In this document: piece by piece, positions 38,770 through 51,298 of the stretch
Layout of the letters: each line of letters begins with the position of its first letter
Numbering within the stretch: position 1 is the stretch's first letter
Assembly (NCBI RefSeq): GCF_000143415.4
Contig: NW_003314290.1
Location: 983,586-1,047,585 of the forward strand
Length of the DNA stretch: 64,000 bases
Reading direction: 5' to 3'
Source: Selaginella moellendorffii
Taxonomy: Eukaryota > Plantae > Lycopodiophyta
Translations under genes and position numbers: made by a program
Notes under the pieces: generated by a model
What the model was told of the DNA's origin: nothing
The model's database searches: none
Seen by the model: only the letters and a program-made list of their open reading frames with translations

Positions 38770-39304
38770 TGTAAGGAACCAACTCCCCGGGGTGTTGAAG
38801 GCTAAAGGATCCCCGAAAGCACAACCAAAATGATAAAGAGTTCATCGGATGAAACCAAGTCTGAGATCAAGTCCAAGACCGACTTTAAGACCGAGTTTGA
38901 GACCGAGTCCAAGATCGAGTCTAAGACCGACTCCGAGACCGAGTTCGAGACTGAGTCTGAGACCGAGTTCGAGACCGAGTCCGAGATCCGAGATTGGGTC
39001 TAACACTAAGTCCGAAATCGAGTCCAAGACAGAGTCTAAGGTCAGGTTCGAGATCGAGTTTGAGATCAAGTCTAAGATCGAGTTCAAGACTGAGTCTAAG
39101 ACCAAGTCCGAGACTGAGTTCGAGACTGAGTCTGAGATTGAGTCTAAGACCAAGTCCGAATACTAATATAGGTCATGGGGTGAAAGCCCAAAGCATGTGT
39201 CTCCCAGGGGGGGTATGGACTCGGGTGGTGTTGGAAGGGCCACCCAAGGAAGTGCTCAAGAGTACCTCCCACTCTCGGAAGGGAAACCAACTGTAGTGCT
39301 TCTG

Positions 39305-39466
39305 TGTAGCGCATGTGATCATGGGATGAGATTTGGATATACTGTCACCGTGGATCCTTGGAACCTTAGGGGATAAATGAGGATAAAATAGCCACTAAGG
39401 GCTCTCTCATCAAGCAATTGCCCCTTTTCCAGTTAGCTTAAGGGGAGAGAGATAAGGTGTGCTACA
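39305..39466 (+). mobile_element. TRIM1 solo LTR
   Basis: Reverse complement of the 2180-2341 LTR, TG...CA ends, perfect TSD TTCTG. Confidence 0.95.
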
Positions 39467-41149
39467 TTCTGGCTCATATGGAGTGATGCCCCACTTGAGT
39501 ACCTTGTGGTTCATTGGTCCTTGCACTTCCTAGGGGCTTGGGCCTTCCCTTCAAAATGGAAGTGGGGGAGTAGGGTACCTATATTAGGCCGAGTTGGGAA
39601 TCCGTGGATGGATGGCTAACACTCCGTTGTTCGTGTAGTGAGTAGCTGAAACTAAATAGGACTAAGTATGAGTTGGTACAATAAGCAGGAACCTGGGTGA
39701 GGGAACTTAGTTAAGTTCAAGGCAGTGTTGGTCGGATAGACGAGGTAAGCTAGCAAATTAGAAAGGAAAAATTTGGGGCTTACAATTTGGTATTAGAGCC
39801 TTTTCCTTAGTTCTAGCGAAGGATAGAAGCAGATCACTGGGAGATGGCAAAGGCAGGGCATAAATGAACCAAGGCAGAGACGGAACCTCCTCTAGAGCTG
39901 GAGCCTCTAGTCGAACAAAAGGCTATATATGAGGAATTTTTGCATGAGGAGGACGCTAGTGAGGAAACTTCTAAACAGGAGTCCGGTGGTGAGGTTCGGC
40001 CGTGCAAGGCTCAATTGGACGTTCCAGAAGGACAATTTGCATAGATCAATGCTCTGCTGGAGAGTCTCGTATGCAAGCTAAAGCATGACGAGAAGCGGAA
40101 GAAAAAGCGAAAGACTGCAGATGCTGGCAGCGTAGAAGGCATGGACCATTCAGCGGGCATTGAGGCGAAAATGAACAAGGTCAAACAAACCGAAGTGGAA
40201 TCAATCCCTCAAGCAGTTCCCAAATACAAACCAAAGCCCCCACCAATCTTCAAAGGAGTGAATGACTATAAGGTGGTGGAGGATTGGTTTTATGATATAG
40301 AAGATTACTTCTGAGTGCTACGGTTACTGAGCTTGGAGAAAGTCCCATGTGCAAAACCATACTTAGCAAATAATGCTAAGTCCTGGTAGAGAACCATAGG
40401 GGCCAATGAAGGACCAGTGGCCACTTGGAAAATGATGAAGGTGAGGATCTGTGCAACCTATGTTCCTCTGAATGTTAATCTGCACCTAAAGGATGAGTTG
40501 AGTAGGCTGAAGCAGACCAGAACCATTTAGGAGTATGTAAATACATTTATGGTAAAGAGGATACTTGTTACAGATATGGGTGATATAGATGTGTTCCATG
40601 CCTTCATATCAAGCTTACAAACCTAGGCTTGTAGCAAGGTGATGCGTTGAAACCCAGCCAACTACGAGGAAGCATTGGATGCAGCTATCAAGGTGCATTT
40701 CAATGATAACTTGCGAAAGGGGAACACAATGGGGTCAGAATCCATGTTTAGCAAAGGGGCCAAAGCAAGGGGGACATATGTCAAAACCCTAACAAGATCA
40801 GGACTGGAAAATGCAGAAGGCAAAGAGAAAAGCTAGTGGAGACGAAGAAGAGGCCTTAGACTAGCGTTAATTCAGATTATGGAGAAATGGAACAAGGCTA
40901 ACCTATATATACTATAGGTTGATGAAGCTCCACCACTCTTGAATCGAGGACAGCCTAAATATAGCTGAGGTTGAGGAGGCACCACGTCATCATCAAGAAT
41001 GTGGTTCGAGAATCAGGAATCATACGGGAAATCAGAGAGTCAAGAATAGGGAAGTGTCTCGAGAGTCAGCAATGTGGTCTGTGGGTTAGGAATCCAGTGA
41101 GAGTCAAGAATGTGGCAAGAATTGGGGAATTCCTGACAACACCCCCTCC

Positions 41150-44100
41150 TCAAGAACAAGTGGAACGCGGATGTGAATGAGAATGAAGAGGAGGATGAGA
41201 TGGGCGTCGAGGGACGAGAGATGGAGAATAAAAAGAATGAGGACTAGGATGAAAAGGATAGTGGCGGTGGAAGTCCTGAACAAGGTCAGAAGAATGAATC
41301 AGGTTGCCTGCAATTTCCCAAGTGCATTCCTTAGGTCCGTAACCCTTGCAGACTACTAGATAGTAGAGTTTAGACTGTGAGATCTTGGAATCAAGGATGT
41401 CCTGAACCTCATACTCAGACCCATCCTCGAGCTGCACTGGTGGAGGCAGAGGAATGACCCAATTTGGAATAGGACTGGGAAGATAAGACTCAAGAAGAGA
41501 GGAGTGAAAAACGGGGTGAATTTTATATGAGGAGGGAAGTGCAAGATGATAAGTGATAGGATTAATGATGGTAGTGATAGGGAAAGGACCAAGGTGTTTG
41601 AAATTGAGTTTGGGACATGGTCTAGTGGTGGAAATATTTCTCCTGAGGAGCCAGACTTTATCCCCAATATTGTAAGAGGGACAATCCTGACGATGGACAT
41701 TGGCAAATGTTTTGTGAGATTCCTGAGCACGATGGAGGTGGAAGGAGATGGAGTTGTGGATTTCCTAGAGGTTGGAGACAAATGCCTTAGAGTGGGGATT
41801 TGAACGAGAGGATTCGAATGGAGAAGGAAGTGAGAGATTGAATCAGGGATTTGGCCAAAGTTTGCAAAGAAGGGGGAAATTCAAAGGGAGGAGTGAATGG
41901 ATTTGTTATTGGAGAACTCAGCAAGGGGAAGGATATCGAATCAATCATCCTGATGATAGTTGATGAAGCACCTTAGGAATTGTTCCAATGTCTGAATCAT
42001 TTGCTCGGACTGTCCATCAGTTTAAGGATGATATGCTGAAGAGAGGTTAGCTTTCACTCCAAGCAGCTGCAAGAACCATTGCTAGAAATGAGAGATGAAC
42101 TGAGGTCCTTGATCCGAAATCACATTTGCAGGAATCCCATGAAATCGGAAAATTTCCTTGAATACCAGTTTTGCCATATCCTTGCCTGAAAACTCCTTAG
42201 AACACAGCAGGAAGTGTGTCATCTTTGTGAAGCGATCCACCACGACTAAAATGTTGTTGAAGCCTTAAGAACTCGGAAGATCACTCAAGAAATCCATGGA
42301 GATGGATTCCTAAGGACCTGAAGGGACCGGGAGGGAACGAAGCAAACCTAAAGGAAGGTGGCAAGGTACCTTATTCCGGGCACAAGTGTCACAGAAGGTA
42401 ACAAAAGCTTTGATATAGTCGTCCATGTCAGGCCACCAAAAGTCTTGTGCAACTAGCTCATAAGTTTTCGAAATGCTGAAGTGACCAGTAGTTAGGCTAT
42501 CATGGCATGCCATCAGGACCAACCTTTGAGCATCACCTTCAGGAACATAAAGATGCTCCCCACGGTACAACAAGCCATCTAAGGACTCAAACTTGTCAAA
42601 TTGCCGGCAGTCGGGAGTCACTAGGTGTCTAGCCTGAAGATGGGGGAAAATGTCGCTAGCGAGGTCGTCGGATTGAAGATCATTTATTATCGCATCCATC
42701 AAGGAGGAGTCCTAAGGGGCCAGGAAAATTGCCATAACTTGAAGCCAATTAGGACTAAAGATACCCTAATCTTGTTGATCGAAGGCAGGATTACCAAGCC
42801 TGAGACTGAGATAGGAGCATCAGGAAGGCCCTAAAGCTTTCTAGGTCTATACTTGATAACAAAGTCAAATTGACTTAGGAATTGTGCCCACCTTGCTTGA
42901 CGATGGCTCAAAACTCGGGAAGTGGCTAAGCACTCAAGATTTTTGTGATCCATCCAGACTGTTGTTTGATGGCTCACCCCCTCCAAGCAACGACGCCACT
43001 CTTCAAAGGAATCCACGATGGCAAGGAGCTCCTTGTCGTGGATTTCGTAATTGAACTCCACAACCTGGAATTTCCGAGAATGGAAAGGGACCGAATGAAA
43101 TTCCTGATCCACTCCGAGTTAAAACAGCACAACACCGATGGCAAAGTCAGAGGCATCTGCCTCGATGAAGAAAGGTTGTGAGGGTTTAGCATGGATCAAG
43201 ATGAGAGCAGAATTGAAGGCCGCCTTGAGTGTGTCGAAGGCTTGCTAGGCAGCAGCAGACCAAGAGAAGGGAACATCCTTGCGAGTGAGATGCATGAGAG
43301 GAAGGACAATGTTGGAGTAGTGATCAATGAGTTTGCGGTAGAAGTTGGTGAAGCCAAGGAAAACCTGAACGTCCGACATTGATTGTGGAGGCTCCCATTC
43401 AAGAATAGTCTGGACTTTGGCAGGATCCATTGTGATACCCTCAGGAGTGACAATGTACCCAAGGAACTCCATAAACTTCTGATCAAAGGAACATTTCTCA
43501 AGCTTTGCGTATAGGCTGTGTTCCCGCAACTTCGCCAGCACTTTGTGCACATGCTCATTGTGCTCCTCTTGAGTTTTTTAGTACATGAGGATGTCGTTGA
43601 AGTAGACGATCACCATCTGATCAAGAACTCTTGAAAGACATCGTTGCTGGAGCATTTGTCAAGCCAAACGGCATGATAGTGTATTTGAAGTGGCCATAGC
43701 AAGTTCGGAACACAGTCTTTCATTCATTGCCAGGCTGGATTTGGATCAGGTTGTATGCTCCACGGAGGTCGATCTTGGTGAAGAAGTGGGCACCGCTGAG
43801 GTGTTCCAATAGGTCTGAGATCAGGGGCAGCAGATAATGGTTCCGAACAATCACCTTGTTCAAACCTCAGTAGTCGATGACTAGCCGCACACTCCCATCC
43901 TTCTTCTTGAGAAAGAAGATAAGCGCTCCAGCCAAGGACTATGAATGCTGAATGTACCCCGATGCAAGGTTCTCATCCATGTACTCTTTGAAGGCCTTAA
44001 GCTTGGACAAGGATAACTCATAGATGCCTAGCCCCCACAGAGGTGACGCTTCTTCCTGTAAATCAATGGGACAGTTGTAAGGCCGATGAAGAAGTAGTAC

Positions 44101-44915
44101 ACTAGCTTTTTTCTTGTCAAACACATCCCCAAAATCATGATACTTCTCAAGAAGATTGACAGGAGAAACATGCAAAGCAAAAATGAAAACAAGTTCTTCG
44201 TGAAGGAGTTCTTTCATAGTGATTGTGGAGATAGGAGGAGGCGTACGACTGAATAGACTGATGGGATGAGGATACTATCTAGTGTAAGATGGAAGAGAGG
44301 GAAAAGAAGATTGAGAGATAGGAAGCAAAGAGGGTGAAAACTTCATAGAGTCAGGAACAGAACCTCAATTTGAGTTTAGGGAACATTTCCTGATTCAGAC
44401 TTGATGAATAGCAGGGGAAGACGTGAGAGATGGTGACATGGGAGAGACAAGCTGTAATTCCTTCCAACAAATCTAAGGTTGGTGCAGTTGGAACCAAGGA
44501 AGGCTGAGCATCATAGAGGAGGACTTGTTGTTGATGATGTTGAAGGTGATATCGGTGACGATGGACCCAATGTGTACTCGAATGGGCAACGTTTCCCTAA
44601 GTGCAAAAGATGGAGACACAAAATGCTTGCTAATGCCTTCAACCCTCATATCCCATATAGTAGGAGAAAAAGGAATATGATGTCGGGCAGCAAAGTCCGT
44701 GTCCATGAAGCAGGAAGTTGTGCCTGAGTCCAGTAGCACTAGAGCTAGCCTTGAGTCCTGATTGTCTAGTAAAGAAAGGAGACATGGGATGTGGAAGTTG
44801 TGGGAATTGGTGGTGGCTTTGATGAAAGGTGGTGAGGAGCTTAATAAAGAAGAAAAGTGATTTTTATTCAGGGAGTCCAAACAGACAGCTCCTACTCTGT
44901 TTGGACAGGGTCATT
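41150..44915 (-). pseudogene. pol: pol of element D (PR, RT, RNase H, integrase, chromodomain)
   Basis: LLDSGTTSCF, LYAKLEKCSF, NYEIHDKELLAIV, CHDSLTTGHF..CDTCARNK, EYEVQDILDSK..YYLV..KGY..TWE. Confidence 0.92.
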
Positions 44916-45863
44916 TTCCGACTACAACAGAGGTGGACCTTGAGGCAGAGTGAACTCAAGCAGTCGGGGAGGCTTCTTGGGACACACAGTTGCTTTGTGA
45001 TTAGGATCAGCATAGTAGAGGCAAAGATTCTGAGATACTCGATGTTGCTTCTCAGCAGGACCCAGCTTCCCTCTGATGAGTCTGAGAGTACCAGAAATAT
45101 CCATCGGGACCGGAGCAATAGGTTCAAGAGTATGCCCCGAAGACTCAAGGTGGGATTCCTGAGTCTGGGATGGGAAAACGGCGGCCTGGCAACTTTCCTG
45201 ATGAAGTTCAAAGAAGTGATTGTCACATTGAACAGCTTTGTTGATGGCGTCTAACAGGTCCGTGGGATCTTCCATGGTGAGCAACAAATCCTTGACACAG
45301 TTATTGAGGCCGAAATGAAATTGATCAGCAAGGCTTGCTCATCCCACTGAGTGTCCAAGGCAAGGAGTTGAAACTCTGCAGCATAGATCAAGGTAGGATG
45401 AGACCCCTGAGAGAGATGTCTCATCTTTGTGGTGGTAGCCCAAACCCCATTTGTCTCGCCAAAACATGCTTCGAGCTTCTCTTTGAACAACTGAAAATCC
45501 ATCAACTTCGGAACCACGACCCCTTTCATGCTTTTTTCCAGAAGAGGAGAAAACCATGACAAAGCTGCACCTTTGAGCAACATCCCAATTGTGCTGATTT
45601 GAGACTCGGGAGTGGGGTACCGCCAAAGTTGAAGTGCGAAGATCAGCTTTATCTAGTTCAGGAATCCATGAAGCTCCAAACACTTGCTTGAGAACCTTTG
45701 CTAGGAAACTCACCTTCAGTTTAGGAACTCTACTTGATCCTTGAGCCGAAAGTGAAGCAAGCTCTTGTTGCATGTGAAGAAGGGCTGCCTTCAGCTCGGT
45801 ATTCTCAAACTGGATTTTTGCAAGGACTTTGGCAAAGGAATTAGGATGGCTTGGAGACTCCAT
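44892..45863 (-). pseudogene. gag: gag of element D
   Basis: LKGAALSWF..YAAEFQLLA..WDEQAL and degenerate knuckle NLCLYYADPNHKATVCP; frameshifts. Confidence 0.85.
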
Positions 45864-46634
45864 CGGCAAAGAAGAAAGAAAAGGGGGAAAAAGGCAAAGG
45901 CAATCAAACAATCAAAACAAGCTAAAGCAAAAGCAAAATGCACAATCTGAATCAAACTATCAAGACCCAACAAGATCAGGACTGGAAAATGCAGAAGACA
46001 AAAAGAAAAGCTAGTGGTGATGAAGAAGAGGCCTTAGACTAACATTGATTTAGATTGTGGAGAAATGGAACAAGGCTAACCTATATATACTATAGGTTGA
46101 TGAAGCTCTACCACTCTTGGATTGAGGACAGCCTAAATATAGCTGAGGTTGAGGAGGCACCACGTTATCATCAGGAATGTGGTTCAAGAATCAAGAATCG
46201 TATAGAAAATTAGACAGTCAGGAATAGGGAAGTGTCTCAAGAGTTAGGAATGTGGTCTACGGGTCAGGAATCCGGTGAGAGTCAGGAATGTGGCAAGAAT
46301 TGGGGAATTCTTGACAACATATGGCAAAGGGAAATTCAAGAAAAGTTTCTTTAATAATGAGTCCTTGGGGTTCCGGAAAGGCAGATCCAAAGGCCAGCGA
46401 GCAAGTATGTGGGGGAGTTAAGCGAAAAGGGACAAACCCACGGATAAAAAAGTCAAGTCTACTAATAGTGTAGGGAACAACGTATGCTTCAACTGTGGTG
46501 AAGTGGGACACTTTTTAAGGGAATATCCCTACACAAAGAAGACTAGAGCCAATATAACCATTAAGTCGGGTGAAATCTAAATTGAGGTATATGATTTAAT
46601 CTTTAGCTCAAAGTTACTCATTACACAAGCAACT

Positions 46635-48140
46635 TTGGTAAAAAGTCGTTCACAACATCTACTAGCTTTCCGAGGGAAGCTCGGAGGTAGCTTTGTTAAG
46701 ACCCTTATTGACATGGGTGTTTCACATAATTTTGTAGCTGCAAACATAGTCTGGCAAGTTGGACTAATGGTGCAGTGGCTGGGTGAATCAAGGATTATAG
46801 AGTTTGTTCAAGGTAGCCAAAACACCGATGAGGTACTTCGACAAGTAAGAGTCGAAGTAAAGATATGGAAAGTAGATATGGATTTCACTGTATTAGACAT
46901 GATGGGATTTGATGTAATCTTCGGGATGGATTGGTTCAATCGGTTCGTGGTAGCCTTGCATGGACAAGGTAGGATCCTTGTGGTACTAATAAATGCCTGA
47001 GAAGAATGATCTAGGGTGGAGGCTTAGGATTCTAAAGGTAGGGCAATGTAAGGCCAAAGACTTTTGCTTGAACCTAGTGTCCACAAGAGGACAACTCACT
47101 AAAGGAACCAAGACAGCCTTTTTGTGCTTACTCTTGGTGAGGAGTGACAAAAAGACGAGAATAAAAGAAGTATCTTTAGTGATCCAACAGGTGTTACACA
47201 AAATCTAAGATACCATGCCGGAGGAGCTACTAGTGGGGTTATCCCTGAATGATCAATAGAACATAAGATCAAGCTGGCTGAGGGTGCTAAGGTGGTGGTT
47301 CGTCCCCTCTATTGGTTGAACAAAAAGGAACTTGAGAAACTCAAACACCAATTTGAGGAGTTGGTGGAAAAAGGGTATGTTAGGTTGAGTAAGTCACCGT
47401 ATGATGCACCGGTGTTATTTGTGAAAAAGAAAAATAGATCTATGCACATGTGCATAGATTACCGGTTGCTCAAAAAATATACAAAGAAGAACAAGTACCC
47501 TTTACCAAGGATTGAGGACATGTTTGATAGGTTGGGAAAGGCAAAATACTTCTTGAGGATCAACCTAAGGTCAGGATACTACCAGATTAGGGTAGCAGAG
47601 GAATATGTCGAGAAGACAACCTATCGGACAAGGTATAGAAGCTTTGAGTTTCTAATGATGCCCTTTGGGCTATGCAATGCATTAGCAACGTTCTCGGCAC
47701 TAATAAATCACATTTTTGTATCCTACCCGGATCATTTTGTGATCATCTACATTAATGATATCTTGATCTATAGTGAGATGCTACAAGAGCATGCTGAACA
47801 CTTGACGAAGGTGTTTGAGAAACTAAGGGAACACTAGTTGTATGCTAAAGAGAGCAAATGTGACTTTGTTCAACAAGAGGTAAAGTTTCTCAGGCATGTG
47901 GTGGGCAAGGATGAGCTCAAAGTGGACTCTGAGAAAGTCCAAGCAATCCAAGAATGGGAATGACCGTCGAATATGCACGAGTTAAGGGTATTCTTGGGGT
48001 TATGCAACTACTACCGTAAGTTTATCAGACATTATTCAAGAGTAGTCCTGCCTTTAACGGACAAAACAGGACAATGGAAGATGGTATGGATAGCAGAATG
48101 CAAGGTGACATTTGTCCACATCAAAGAGAAGTTGAGGAAG
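46635..48140 (+). pseudogene. pol: pol (protease and reverse transcriptase) of B2, disrupted
   Basis: ORFs 46635-47000, 47292-47837 and 47973 onward carry gypsy PR and RT motifs; in-frame stops. Confidence 0.9.
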
Positions 48141-48481
48141 TATCGCAAATGTGAGTTCAGGTATCGAAAGTTACCTATCAGCCAGTCCTTACGGACACTC
48201 TTTCTTTACTGCCATGATGGCAGGAGGTCGGTATTACTGGTTCCCTTTATTGGCCCCTCTTATTCAAGTGTTAGTAAACTAGACTTTGCATCTATACTTG
48301 GCCGGACGAGCATAAGGAAGGAATTCCTAAGTGTGTATTTAGCCAAGCATACTTGGCTCAGCTTGTTAGCTCTCTTTTGCTTTGTCTTGCACTGGCTTGA
48401 CAAAAACAATCGTGTATTCAGATTGATCCCTTAATATCACTGAATGATAGCTTATTGTGTCTGCCAAACACCCTTGCTATC

Positions 48482-51298
48482 AGTGAGACGCAAAATCTCT
48501 AGGCCCCAAACTGGAGCCGAAAGGGTGCCACGTGGTGGTGGCCGAAGCGAAAGCCAAACGAGCGTAACATGTTTGGACTAAAAGTTCCACCTTCAAAGGT
48601 CAAGAGCGGGAGTAGAACTCCCAACAAAGTGATCGAGGAACAAGCATGAAATGAGCAATAAGCGAGGCTCCAAAAAGGGACCCAAAAGGACCAACACGTG
48701 GTGGATGAGTCCGAGATGGAGTCCGAGATGGACCCAAGTTGGAGTCCGAGATGGAGTCTAAGATGGACCCGAGTTGGAGTCCGAGATGGACCCGAGTTGG
48801 GGTCCGAGATGGACCTGAGTTGGAGTCCGAGATGGAGTCTGAGAAGGACCCGAGATGGAGTCCGAGATGGACCCGAGAAGGACCCGAGATGGAGTCCGAG
48901 ATGGACCCGAGAAGGACCTGAGATGGAGTCCAAGATGGACCCGAGAAGGACCCAAGATGGAGTCCAAGAAGGACCCGAGAAGGACCCAAGATGGAGTCCA
49001 AGAAGGACCCGAGATGGAGTTCGAGGTCGAGACCGAGACTGGGATCGAGACCGAGATCGAGGCCGAGACTAAGCCCGTGCCTGAGTCCGAGTCCGAGTCC
49101 AAGTTTGCAATGCCATGGAGAGTCTAAAATGTGGAATTATCCATGTTAGACCATATGGTAAGTAGGGAGCTTGCAAAGGAGAAGCCTTAGCAAGTTAAGG
49201 AACAGAGTTCCTTGAAGGTTCCCAAAAACAATTCTAAGTAGCTTAGTACCTAGAAAGCCAAGTGTAAATAGTTCTTAGAGTGCGCAAAATTAGAGTGGCA
49301 CAGCAGAAGCGTGGTCTTGAAGTTGGCTAGGAGGCGAGGCTATCAAGGTTGGGGAAGTAGTTCCCGAGTGTTCGTAGAGAGGGATTTGAACAAAAGTCGA
49401 TGGTTAAGGACTTTCACGCTTATGCATGAACCATGTTACGGTGGCTGGATGACTTGCTAAGTGAGATTGGCAAGTCAGGGGAACAAATCCCCTAGTTGAA
49501 CAAATCCCTAGGCCCCAAAGTGGAGCCGAAAGGGTGCCACGTGGTGGTGGCCGAAGCGAAAGCCAAATGAGCGTAACATGTTTGGACTAAAAGCTCCACC
49601 TTGAAAAGTCAAGAGCAAGAGTGGAACTCCCAACAAAGTACTTGAGGAACGAGCACGAAGCGAGCAATAAGCAAGGCTCCAAAAAGGGACCCAAAAGGAC
49701 CAACATATGACACGTGGATGAGTTCGAGATGGAGTTTGAGATGGAGTCCAAGATGGACCTGAGTTGGAGTCCGAGATGGAGTCCAAGATGGACCCGAGTT
49801 GGAGTCTGAGATAAACCCGAGTTGGGGTCTGAGATGGAGTCTGAGATGGACCCGAGTTGGAGTCCAAGATGGAGTCCGAGAAGGACCTGAGATGGAGTCT
49901 GAGATGGACCCGAGAAGGACCCGAGATGGAGTCTGAGATGGACCCGAGAAGGACCCAAAATGGAGTCTGAGATGGACCCGAGAAGGACCTGAGATGGAGT
50001 CCAAGATGGACCCGNNNNNNNNNNNNNNNNNNNNNNNNNNNNNNNNNNNNNNNNNNNNNNNNNNNNNNNNNNNNNNNNNNNNNNNNNNNNNNNNNNNNNN
50101 NNNNNNNNNNNNNNACTCGAGATGGAGTCCGAGGTCGAAACCGAGATCGGGACCGAGACTGAGACCGGGACCGGGAGCGAGACCGAGACCGGGACTGGGA
50201 CCGAGACCGAGACCGAGACCGGGACCGAGACCGAGACCGAGGCCAAGGCCGAGCCCGAGTCCAAGCCCGAGTATGAGTCCGAGTCCGAGTCCGAGTCTGA
50301 GAGGGTGAAAGCCCAAAGTGTTCGTCTCCCAGACCCTAGGGGGTTTAGTGAGCTTCAAAAGTATAGTAAGGGGGAGGATTGTAGTGGAGCCAGTTTGGCC
50401 AGGAAAGGCCAATTTGGCCCAGGAAAGCTATACCCAGGTGTTGGGTGATGAGTTAACCATTGAGAAGTCCAAGACTAGAGTGAATATAGACTGACAAGTG
50501 GGGTAGCTTGGTGAAGTATTCAAAAGCCGGCTCTAGTTCCCTCGGGAGATTGACTGGCCGATGCTCCCAGTCCAAGTGTGGGTGGCACTACCTACTTGGA
50601 TACCTGGCATGGCTTAACGGAACCTCGCTCTAAGCCCATGGCTAGAGCACCCAAAGGTGGAAGGCGAGGAGAGTACCCATGAGTCCCATATAGGGCCATG
50701 GTGTTCCGAAATGTTGCCCCAAAGTCCCAGACTGTGAAAAGGAAGAGGAGCCATCCTCTAGTGTAGAGACCAAGGATACGGTCATGTATGGAGGAAGTTC
50801 CAGAGGACCGTGGGACTTAGTGGTCGGGCTTGTGGGCCTTGATCCAGTGGCAGTGTTGGCGAACACGGCCATGAACAGAAAGAGACTTGGTGGGGATTGG
50901 AAAAGGGATATTGGGGAAGGCTAATCCCCATGTCTGTGGGCATCCTAAGGATGCTAAGGAGTGGATCTGGGATGACCACTTATGGACGGAAGGCCCAATA
51001 TTGGAGAGACGGGATTGCAATGCAGGTAGTGTTGAACCACCGATGTGACTAAGGTGAATGGGCATGGCCTAGTGTAACAGGCTGGTATGTTGGTAGTACC
51101 TTGGGGTGTTGATCATGGGATCGGACACATAGAGCATTTGGACCAAGTGCAATGGTTGAGTGGCATGGATGCCATTCTTGGGGCTAGCTAGTCCATAAGT
51201 CCAAAATAGGACTTATGGAGGTTGTGAGTGAGACTCCTCCAAGTGGTCGGATGTGTGGTTAAGTGACTAAAGTAGAATGGAAAATTTAGTCGCTTACA
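48482..51298 (+). mobile_element. Probable 2.8-kb solo LTR (family C) with internal duplication and satellite-like arrays
   Basis: TSD CTATC on both sides within the family A LTR. Ends AGTGAG (probably a mutated TG) ...GCTTACA. No coding domain. Contains GGGTGAAAGCCCAAAG at ~50303. Confidence 0.8.
48706..50300 (+). repeat. GGAGTCCGAGAT / GGACCCGAGAA / (CCGAGA)n tandem arrays in two duplicated blocks
   Basis: Arrays at 48706-49100 and 49720-50300, each preceded by the same ~200-bp sequence (48497 vs 49506). Confidence 0.9.

Larger units (their letters stand above)
40779..46316 (-). mobile_element. Full-length Tcn1-like Ty3/gypsy chromovirus (family D), degenerate
   Basis: LTRs 40779-41138 and 45958-46316, perfect TSD ACATA, PPT next to 41139. 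Order is gag-PR-RT-RH-INT-chromodomain. No tRNA PBS. Confidence 0.93.
38770..48140 (+). mobile_element. Ty3/gypsy chromovirus family B, copy B2 (interrupted, 3' part not in view)
   Basis: 5' LTR 38770-39784, Met PBS, gag from 39844. Interrupted by element D, then continues with protease (LIDMGVSHNFV), RT (YPLPRIEDMFD..YINDILIYS) and the RT/RNase H linker up to 48140. Confidence 0.9.

Noticed and set aside
48499-50448. Many overlapping ORFs of 100-270 aa, and a CRISPR-like appearance
   Set aside because: These are products of 6-12-bp tandem repeats and an N gap. There are no unique spacers or cas genes, and the context is eukaryotic.
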